From the IMG/VR virus record IMGVR_UViG_3300015050_000538, positions 1-42,707 of that record: a DNA stretch of 42,707 nt, one strand, 5' to 3'. A program made the translations under genes and the position numbers. Positions 20,669-26,927 of this stretch are shown one piece after another. Each line of letters starts with the position of its first letter. Within the stretch, counting starts at the first letter, position 1. This stretch comes from a virus. Taxonomy: Duplodnaviria > Caudoviricetes. The notes beneath the pieces were generated by a model, which saw only the letters and a list, made by a program, of their open reading frames with translations, was not told the DNA's origin and did no database searches.

Positions 20669-21230
20669 TGGCTGAGGTTTCCAAAGAATTGGTTCTTGCG
20701 ACATTAGAGGCCTCGTCAAATTCATTCTGGCTATTTCTGAGAGTCATTTGAGCGAAGAGATTCTTAACTCCACCAGCAGACATAGGAGCCAGTGGCTTAT
20801 TATCTATAGCTACCACCTCAGACTTCTCGTTGAGAGTCATTACAGGAGCAGGGAGGATATGCTGAGGCAGGTAGATATGAGCAATTTGCGTAAGACCTCC
20901 TGCTGGAACAGCAGCTGCTGGGTGCTTACGCTTATAACGTGCATCATTAGCCCGAGTAACTGAGTCGAGGGCCTTAGTAAGGTCACCGATCTCAGCTCCA
21001 GCTAGCTCCTCATTCATCCGCTTGACGATATTATGCTCAAGAGACTGATAGCGGGACTCAAGCACCTCATCAGCTGGCTTCTGATTGGTGATAAGAGCCT
21101 GCTCAACCTCAGCTTTGAAGTTCTCATCTTTCATCAGCTGGCTGATATAGCCTGGGGAGCAGCCAAGAATAGTAGCTACATCAGCGGCTTTGAGCCCATC
21201 AGCTAGGTAAGCTTTGATTCGTTCTTTCAT
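20631..21230 (-). CDS. terS: Terminase small subunit (N-terminal HTH), 199 aa
   Basis: HTH-like LKAADVATILGCSPGYISQL followed by helices; upstream of terL; AGGAG RBS. Confidence 0.65.
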   Translation of the reverse strand: MKERIKAYLADGLKAADVATILGCSPGYISQLMKDENFKAEVEQALITNQKPADEVLESRYQSLEHNIVKRMNEELAGAEIGDLTKALDSVTRANDARYKRKHPAAAVPAGGLTQIAHIYLPQHILPAPVMTLNEKSEVVAIDNKPLAPMSAGGVKNLFAQMTLRNSQNEFDEASNVARTNSLETSANESTSQVSAYGK

Positions 21231-21867
21231 TCTTTTCTCCTAAGAGATTCCATTGAGAGGCCATAGCTTCTGCTATGCAAATACGGGTTCTACTGCGCTC
21301 TTTCTCTCTTCCAGCATAAGGACTGACCTCATGAGCTTCGTGGAATATCTCATCGTAATCTCTTCTTGTATGTGTTGTCTTGAGATTAGGAAGATTCTTG
21401 AGCCAGAGAGCAGCAGTCTTAGAATAAGGTTCACCAAACATCCAGGGCTGAAGAAGCTGATTAGGCTTTCCCAGCAGATCCATTGCAAGACCATGAGGCT
21501 TAGAGTTTTCAAGGCAGATTCTAGGAACAGGTGCATCCCAGAGAAGCTTGAAGAACTCTATACCTTCCTCGAATTCTTTCATTCTATCAGGATAATCTGG
21601 ATGCCTTCTTCTCTGTTCTTTAGGAAGAGCCGAATCTTCTGGGTGGTAGAACCAGCGGATACCAGCTAATGCATTGAATGTGCAGTAGGGAAAGCCGATG
21701 AGAAGATCCCAGCAACCTGGCTTAAGAAGTTCTCGCACATCACATTGATAATGGAAAGGAGAAGGGAGCTCAGACTTTCGTAAGTCACAGGAGAAGGCAT
21801 TATGGCCTCTTCTTCTAAAAGCATCACGTACTCTTCCGGAGAATTCACATGCTATAAGGATATTCAT
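21199..21867 (-). CDS. Short C5 cytosine DNA methyltransferase-like protein, 222 aa
   Basis: MNILIACEFSGRVRDAF (SAM-binding variant), SCDL, WDLLIGFPYCT (motif IV variant), LEN (motif VI), QPWMFG and KTAALWL; start placed at MNILIAC. Confidence 0.75.
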   Translation of the reverse strand: MNILIACEFSGRVRDAFRRRGHNAFSCDLRKSELPSPFHYQCDVRELLKPGCWDLLIGFPYCTFNALAGIRWFYHPEDSALPKEQRRRHPDYPDRMKEFEEGIEFFKLLWDAPVPRICLENSKPHGLAMDLLGKPNQLLQPWMFGEPYSKTAALWLKNLPNLKTTHTRRDYDEIFHEAHEVSPYAGREKERSRTRICIAEAMASQWNLLGEKNERTNQSLPS

Positions 21868-21884
21868 AGGTGGCCCTTTCGAAC

Positions 21885-21929
21885 ATTCTATCACAGACCT
21901 TGGCCCTTTCTGCTACGCAGAGTATAGCA
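21885..21929 (-). promoter_or_regulatory. Candidate late promoters: two extended -10 elements
   Basis: Minus-strand TGcTATACT (21921-21929) and TGaTAGAAT (21885-21893), with no correctly spaced -35. Confidence 0.4.
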
Positions 21930-22051
21930 TCCTTCTAGGGAGAAACTGGATGACAAGCTGATCTGGTTGGAGGGATATTATAATGTATGTTTACAGAAAA
22001 GTTTAGAAAAATGCGGGAGAGAGTATTGATACACGCGCGCGCGGCAGGACC

Positions 22052-22080
22052 AAAAAAAAGCCTACCGGGCGGGGTAGACT
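22052..22080 (-). terminator. Rho-independent terminator closing the leftward early unit
   Basis: Minus strand GTCTACC-ccgccc-GGTAGGC followed by T8. Confidence 0.8.
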
Positions 22081-22115
22081 AATTCCTTCGAGCTAATGAG
22101 AAACCAGGCGGCTGC

Positions 22116-22310
22116 TTATTCTTCAATCAATTGCTTTATTCTAATCAACATCATCTTCTTATCTATTGCAGGCAATTGGCCATCATCAACTGCATTATCA
22201 ACATCAATTAGAAATGATTCCAATTGATTAAGCATAGTTAACTCACGCCTCATTAGATTATCTCGCACTGTGCGAGGAATCATTTTCCTTTGATAGATAC
22301 CGCGTGGCAT
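22116..22310 (-). CDS. Small early hypothetical protein, 64 aa
   Basis: GGAG RBS; third gene of a compact operon. Confidence 0.7.
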   Translation of the reverse strand: MPRGIYQRKMIPRTVRDNLMRRELTMLNQLESFLIDVDNAVDDGQLPAIDKKMMLIRIKQLIEE

Positions 22311-22324
22311 ATTCTATTCTCCAA

Positions 22325-22564
22325 TCAATTGAGGGTTTTCTTAATGGCATTCTTGAATGCAAGCTCATTAATTCGAGCGCATTCTAATTCAATTGCCTTT
22401 TGATTATCCGCCGTTTTAATTACCTTAACCTTAACCCATTCTCCTGATTGATCCATTTCAACGGCTTCAAACATTGCAATTGATTGCTCATAATCTCCGA
22501 ATTGAATTGAATAACCCGGATTGATATTATCAATTGCAATAACGGAATAATAAAGCTTGGACAT
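22325..22564 (-). CDS. Small early hypothetical protein, 79 aa
   Basis: AGGAG RBS. Confidence 0.75.
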   Translation of the reverse strand: MSKLYYSVIAIDNINPGYSIQFGDYEQSIAMFEAVEMDQSGEWVKVKVIKTADNQKAIELECARINELAFKNAIKKTLN

Positions 22565-22584
22565 AATTAGATTCTCCTGATTGA

Positions 22585-22749
22585 TTAGATAGGGCGACGC
22601 TTACCAAATGCAACAAAATAGAATAAGCCAATTGCAATACCGCGCTCTTCAAATGCAATAATTGCAGCGTCCTTAATACCAAATGCACGAATATCATCGC
22701 GGATCAAATCTGCCATTGTGATTGGCTTGGAAACTTTGCGCTTGGACAT
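22585..22749 (-). CDS. Small early hypothetical protein, 54 aa (MSKRKVSKPITMADLIRDD...), not in the ORF track
   Basis: Read by hand; GAGG RBS, directly downstream of the promoter at 22782-22811. Confidence 0.65.
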   Translation of the reverse strand: MSKRKVSKPITMADLIRDDIRAFGIKDAAIIAFEERGIAIGLFYFVAFGKRRPI

Positions 22750-22781
22750 AATAAACCTCTAAATAAGTTAGTGAGGCTTGC

Positions 22782-22811
22782 AGTATCTCATAGAAGTTTA
22801 GAAGCTGTCAA
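22782..22811 (-). promoter_or_regulatory. Sigma70-type early promoter
   Basis: TTGACA (22806-22811), 18-nt spacer ending in TGn, then GATACT (22782-22787). Confidence 0.75.
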
Positions 22812-22819
22812 CCTAGCAT

Positions 22820-22831
22820 CCGACGAACGGT
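22820..22831 (-). promoter_or_regulatory. AlgR-type box, copy 1 (ACCGTTCGTCGG)
   Basis: Contains the ACCGTTCGTC AlgR consensus, 8 bp upstream of a -35; identical 12-mer at 23685-23696. Confidence 0.55.
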
Positions 22832-22846
22832 CACGCACTTAGTCCG

Positions 22847-22880
22847 GCTTACCTGGCATCCTCTCAGCTTACCTGGCATC
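22847..22880. repeat. 14-bp direct repeat GCTTACCTGGCATC x2, 20-bp period
   Basis: Copies at 22847-22860 and 22867-22880. Confidence 0.85.
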
Positions 22881-22887
22881 AGACAAT

Positions 22888-22920
22888 AAAAAACCCGCCA
22901 GCTTCTCAGCGTGGCGGGTT
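22888..22920 (-). terminator. Rho-independent terminator after the 193-aa gene
   Basis: AACCCGCCA/TGGCGGGTT stem with a T-tract on the minus strand. Confidence 0.85.
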
Positions 22921-22944
22921 AGTAAGGAGAACTAAGCGAGTGGC

Positions 22945-23526
22945 TTAGAAGTCAGCAGTAGCAGAATCGCAGACTTCAAGGATGCTCTCGATAGGACGCT
23001 GATAACGCTCTAGCGTTTCCTCATCCAACGAGGTAGCGAACTGCTCAACATAGGCTTTCAGCTTACCCTTGTGATCGGGAGTAGCAAGCTCAAGAGCCGT
23101 CTTGTTGCTAAAGTAGCTCACCATAACCTTAACGGTAGCAGCAGACTTACCAAGGGTATTAGCCCACGTGGCGAAAGCTTCTTTGACTTCGCGGGCCAAT
23201 TGCAGCGCAGCACCGTTACCGCCACGCTCACCCTCAGCGCACAATTCCTCCCAATTAGTAGGAATCTTGAGGCCATCTTTAACTTCAGCAGTACCGGGCT
23301 TCAGTTTGTTACGAGCATTGGCTTTCACATACGCCAGCATAGCGCTTTGCACCCAGTTAGCAATATCGCTCTCGTAAGTGGGCAGACCGTCTTCTGTGCC
23401 TGTCACTTTAGCACCTGCAACGACTGCTGCAATATCCGTCAAGACTGGCACCACAATAGGCACTTCACCTTGTTTCTCATATTTGCCACCAACTTTTTTT
23501 GACACTGCAATGATAATGTTTTCCAT
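22945..23526 (-). CDS. Monocistronic early protein of unknown function, 193 aa
   Basis: Own promoter and terminator; AGGA RBS; ends in ...ATADF. Confidence 0.85.
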   Translation of the reverse strand: MENIIIAVSKKVGGKYEKQGEVPIVVPVLTDIAAVVAGAKVTGTEDGLPTYESDIANWVQSAMLAYVKANARNKLKPGTAEVKDGLKIPTNWEELCAEGERGGNGAALQLAREVKEAFATWANTLGKSAATVKVMVSYFSNKTALELATPDHKGKLKAYVEQFATSLDEETLERYQRPIESILEVCDSATADF

Positions 23527-23629
23527 GATATTTCCTAATAAGCTCTTAACACTAGAAGAAACAGTCTAGCCTGTTTGCTCTTATGAGCGGGTTGTTTATG
23601 GGCCGACTCTCGTCGTTGCCATGTGAGTG

Positions 23630-23657
23630 ATTCTACACCTGTTTTTGAGACTGTCAA
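23630..23657 (-). promoter_or_regulatory. Sigma70-type early promoter
   Basis: TTGACA (23652-23657), 16-nt spacer, TAGAAT (23630-23635). Confidence 0.7.
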
Positions 23658-23684
23658 CGGGTTTTTCTAGAAACTTCTTAGAAG

Positions 23685-23696
23685 CCGACGAACGGT
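23685..23696 (-). promoter_or_regulatory. AlgR-type box, copy 2 (ACCGTTCGTCGG)
   Basis: Exact repeat of 22820-22831, 27 bp upstream of the -35. Confidence 0.55.
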
Positions 23697-23754
23697 AGAT
23701 TCTGCGATAAGCGGTAGATTCTAGAAAGCTCTCACTCGATCACCCCCTCTCGAT

Positions 23755-24131
23755 TGTCAATTGGTCTTTTCGATCATGCCAGTCTCACTTATCCACCTAA
23801 TAGACCCCCCACAGTTTGCGCTGGCCATCCATCATCACCGACTAAATACAGATCGGGCTTCTAAGCTGTTAGCCATAAGCTGGAGTCTGGAAAGGAATAA
23901 ATAAGGGTATAGAAATTATTTAAGTAGAAAACAAAGAGAAAAATTTAAACTACACACATAAAAGACCTATTGCTTATCCTTCTACTCTTCGCAAGCTCAG
24001 AGCCTGAGATGCTACTTACAGAAGCTACTGAATAGGTTAGTTGGTCATAATAGGAATGTGGGTTCTACTGTGGGGGGTGGGATATGTAGATAACTGTAAC
24101 CGGCATGACCGACGGGACCGGGTGATTGACA
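23755..24131. repeat. Imperfect long inverted repeat around an AT-rich core; candidate replication origin
   Basis: Arms 23762-23815 and 24067-24120 align without gaps at 39/54 by hand count, including a perfect ACCCCCCACAGT; symmetry continues inward to about 23862/24020. Confidence 0.7.
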
Positions 24132-24190
24132 AAATCTATTGACTCCGTGACCTCGATTGAATAATACAATCACCACAATCCTCGAATCTG

Positions 24191-24199
24191 TGCTAATAT
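24191..24199 (+). promoter_or_regulatory. Candidate rightward early promoter (extended -10)
   Basis: TGcTAATAT about 60 nt upstream of the 24260 start; upstream TTGACA/TTGACT/TTGAAT hexamers are not at canonical spacing. Confidence 0.35.
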
Positions 24200-24259
24200 G
24201 TCAGAGCATATAGGAATCCCTATTGCCTAGCATATCATTCTAACCTCGGAGCTTATAGA

Positions 24260-25549
24260 ATGTCAGATACTTTCAAACATAATGCGTTTACAGCGTTCTT
24301 CTCGGATACGCGAAGCGATAAAGCAGCCCCCCATGATTCTATCAACCCAGAATCTAGCTCTTCTAAAGAGTCTGTTCCTGCTAATAACAAATTGGCTGAG
24401 ATAAACGCCAGAATCTCCGAGCGCACAGCTTCCCTCGTTCAGTATAATGCACAGCGTCAACGCTTCTCCAAAAGAATTAATCTTGCTAATAGCAATGAGC
24501 ATGTAGCCGCAGTCTGTGATTATACTGGTGCTGTAGTTGCTATCACCTTTCCTTCTATTCCGGGCCGCGTGTTCTCCTACTCTTCTCCACTAGCTGATCT
24601 AAGGAATGCTCGCGGATTGGCTCAAGAAGGCAAAGATTATCTTCGCAAGCTGGACATTCAAACTGCTGCTGCTGTCCTTATAACGCTGGCTGACGATTAT
24701 TCTCTTTTCCGTTATCAGCCTTCCGACAGTGGCGCACAAAAGAACGCTATTCTGCGAACAGTGGCCAAAGATATTCTAATTGATTCCATTCTCTTTATCG
24801 AAGAGTTTATCAATTCTAATAACTGCAACTGGATTCCACGGCTCTCTCTCATTCTCTCCGAGGAAATTATCCAAGGTGGCATCCAGCATAGAATGCAAGA
24901 GTGGCTTAAAGTATCTCTCGATGCTGTTTACAAGCCTGATGAAGAGTCTTATGAGGATGCTGCCACTAGAAGCATTAAAGAGAATCGCTCCTATGCTCAT
25001 AAGCCTGTAACTAATGCTGCAACTAAGCGCACAGCATTGGCTTTGCAGAAAGATTTTAGGCAATGGAAGCGAGAGTCTAAAGACATCATTATCGGCATGT
25101 CTTCTGATTCTACCATCAGCCCCAAGCTTAAAGGCTTCTTGCTTACTCTGATCTCTGACCAGAATCTGATGCTTGCAGACAATTCTAATATTGCTCTGAT
25201 CTGCGAGAAGCTGAATCAGATTGATTCTAAGGCTGCTAAAGAACTGGCTGCTAAGATTGTGTTCTTCCGCGCCAAGCTGCTGGATTCTGAAGAGTCTGAG
25301 TTCTCTAAGCCTGCAACTGAGACATTCTCTGCTCTTTCACCCGGCCAATATGTCGGTGATTCTAAAGCAGAAGATAATGAGTTCGCTGCTCCTACTGCTA
25401 CTCTAGTTGCTGCTGTTTCTGCTGCTCCTACTGGTCCTGTTCTTAGCTTCAAAGAGCGCATCATGCTTCTGAAAGCGCAGCAAGCTGCGGCCTCTTCCTC
25501 TTCTAATGTACAAACTTCTAAAGTGGAGAATGATGATGCTCCTTTCTAA
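24260..25549 (+). CDS. Hypothetical early protein, 429 aa (candidate replication initiator/loader)
   Basis: GGAG RBS; first gene right of the palindrome; helical body, disordered tail ending ENDDAPF; function is inference only. Confidence 0.8.
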   Translation: MSDTFKHNAFTAFFSDTRSDKAAPHDSINPESSSSKESVPANNKLAEINARISERTASLVQYNAQRQRFSKRINLANSNEHVAAVCDYTGAVVAITFPSIPGRVFSYSSPLADLRNARGLAQEGKDYLRKLDIQTAAAVLITLADDYSLFRYQPSDSGAQKNAILRTVAKDILIDSILFIEEFINSNNCNWIPRLSLILSEEIIQGGIQHRMQEWLKVSLDAVYKPDEESYEDAATRSIKENRSYAHKPVTNAATKRTALALQKDFRQWKRESKDIIIGMSSDSTISPKLKGFLLTLISDQNLMLADNSNIALICEKLNQIDSKAAKELAAKIVFFRAKLLDSEESEFSKPATETFSALSPGQYVGDSKAEDNEFAAPTATLVAAVSAAPTGPVLSFKERIMLLKAQQAAASSSSNVQTSKVENDDAPF

Positions 25550-25841
25550 TATCCTCCCAATGGCCTCTAACAACTGCAAAGAGCGCGTATCCTTCCGCAC
25601 AGTAGATAATGGTAAACTGCTGCCACATATTGCAGCTTCTTACTTGAAGCGTGTTACCATCAATCCCAATAAGCTGACTCTCAACATGTATCAGCAGGGC
25701 AATGGCTTCTTTGAAGTGCGCTTGGATATGAGAGATGCTGACAGCTTTGTTAATATCTCAGAACCAACAGAAGTTATGTGCTCATTTCAATTCTGGCACG
25801 ATGGTTCTAAGTTTGTTGTTATTCGTAAAGTACGGAGCTAA
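25536..25841 (+). CDS. Hypothetical protein, about 101 aa
   Basis: GGAG RBS at 25525 before tandem ATGs; exact start uncertain. Confidence 0.6.
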   Translation: MLLSNILPMASNNCKERVSFRTVDNGKLLPHIAASYLKRVTINPNKLTLNMYQQGNGFFEVRLDMRDADSFVNISEPTEVMCSFQFWHDGSKFVVIRKVRS

Positions 25842-25845
25842 TATC

Positions 25846-26283
25846 ATGATTCCTGCAAAATCTGTTTCAATGCCTTATCTCTTCCTTGAACTCTTAGAAG
25901 CTTCTGGCAGTGAAATGGCGCTTAACTTCTACAAAACTTCTATTGCCAATGGCTGGAAGTATTACGTAGTAGATCAGCGCCGTGGCGTATGCCGGCCTTC
26001 TGAAAAGGTAATTACAATACCTGCATGGCTTTGGAATCCAGTAGCTATGGCAGATAATCTCCGAGATACCCTCTGTGCCCAGACCAAGCAGAATTACAGG
26101 GTCTGGTATATTTGCCACGAAATGGCACATGCCATGGACTGGATTCGCAATAAGAAGATAGGACATGATGTTAGCTTTATGACCTGTCTTAAGCTTCTCT
26201 GCCCGCCAGAGGCTATTGGCTATGAATCAGGCTATCAGACTAAAACAGCACTGGCTTGCGGTATCGCACCAGACGACTTTTAA
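25846..26283 (+). CDS. SprT-like zinc metalloprotease, 145 aa
   Basis: RRGVC...ITI, CHEMAH (HExxH) and downstream GHDVSF; GGAG RBS before the ATG at 25846. Confidence 0.75.
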   Translation: MIPAKSVSMPYLFLELLEASGSEMALNFYKTSIANGWKYYVVDQRRGVCRPSEKVITIPAWLWNPVAMADNLRDTLCAQTKQNYRVWYICHEMAHAMDWIRNKKIGHDVSFMTCLKLLCPPEAIGYESGYQTKTALACGIAPDDF

Positions 26284-26292
26284 GGAAAAATA

Positions 26293-26487
26293 ATGTTCAC
26301 ACCTAATGAAGTTCAAATCCCCTGCAAGGTAGATGCTACTGGCTTTACTGACACAGTAGAAGTTGTACTGTGGAAGGTAAGAGGTAGTAAAATGTTCTAT
26401 CCAACCAAAATAGTAGCAGAATCCACTGCGCGTCAGATGGGCAAGACCTATTCTGATATCTACTTTGTTCGTTTTTATTCGGAGTAA
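26293..26487 (+). CDS. Hypothetical protein, 64 aa
   Basis: AAGGA RBS; packed operon. Confidence 0.7.
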   Translation: MFTPNEVQIPCKVDATGFTDTVEVVLWKVRGSKMFYPTKIVAESTARQMGKTYSDIYFVRFYSE

Positions 26488-26491
26488 TATC

Positions 26492-26719
26492 ATGGGTATG
26501 CAATGCCACTTCTCTCTTAATGATCTTCCAGCAGGCACCAAAGTAGTTAGAAGCTACTGCCCTGATTCAGAAACTGTCTCCTTCTACATAGCAGATAAGT
26601 TCTGGGTATCAGATGGTGATGGTAAGAATGTCTGGTTTGACATAGGCTCTGCTACTGATGAGCAAATGGATGCTCTCAGGTTTCTTGTTTTGTCTCGTAG
26701 CTGCTTTCAGTGTGCTTAA
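26492..26719 (+). CDS. Hypothetical protein, 75 aa
   Basis: GGAG RBS before MGMQCHF. Confidence 0.65.
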   Translation: MGMQCHFSLNDLPAGTKVVRSYCPDSETVSFYIADKFWVSDGDGKNVWFDIGSATDEQMDALRFLVLSRSCFQCA

Positions 26720-26730
26720 GGAGATAAGAA

Positions 26731-26925
26731 ATGACAACTTCTAAAGTAGAGCCCTTCAAAGAAGAGTATGAGCAAAAAGGATACGATGCTTGGATAGAAC
26801 AGTGGATAATCTGGGGCTACTCTCCTCCAGTATCTTCTTGTCCTGCTCGTTATATGCAGGATGGCTACAAGCGGTCAGCTTATCTCAGGGGCTGGCGTAA
26901 AGCAATGTTAGAAAACAAGGAATAA
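26731..26925 (+). CDS. Hypothetical protein, 64 aa
   Basis: AAGGAG RBS; KGYDAW...CP...AYLRGW pattern loosely recalls Rmf/CrpP-like small proteins. Confidence 0.65.
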   Translation: MTTSKVEPFKEEYEQKGYDAWIEQWIIWGYSPPVSSCPARYMQDGYKRSAYLRGWRKAMLENKE

Positions 26926-26927
26926 TA

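Noticed and set aside
23542-23551. boxA-like GCTCTTAACA near a small hairpin, suggesting a nut site
   Set aside because: It lies on the plus strand, opposite to the leftward transcript, and no N-like gene is evident
24126-24170. TTGACA, TTGACT and TTGAAT hexamers as canonical rightward promoters
   Set aside because: None has a good -10 at 16-18 nt spacing
22840-24200. Short repeats as a CRISPR or mini-array, given the Cas4-like gene
   Set aside because: Only two copies of each short repeat with no spacer-length periodicity; Cas4-like nucleases are common in phage recombination modules
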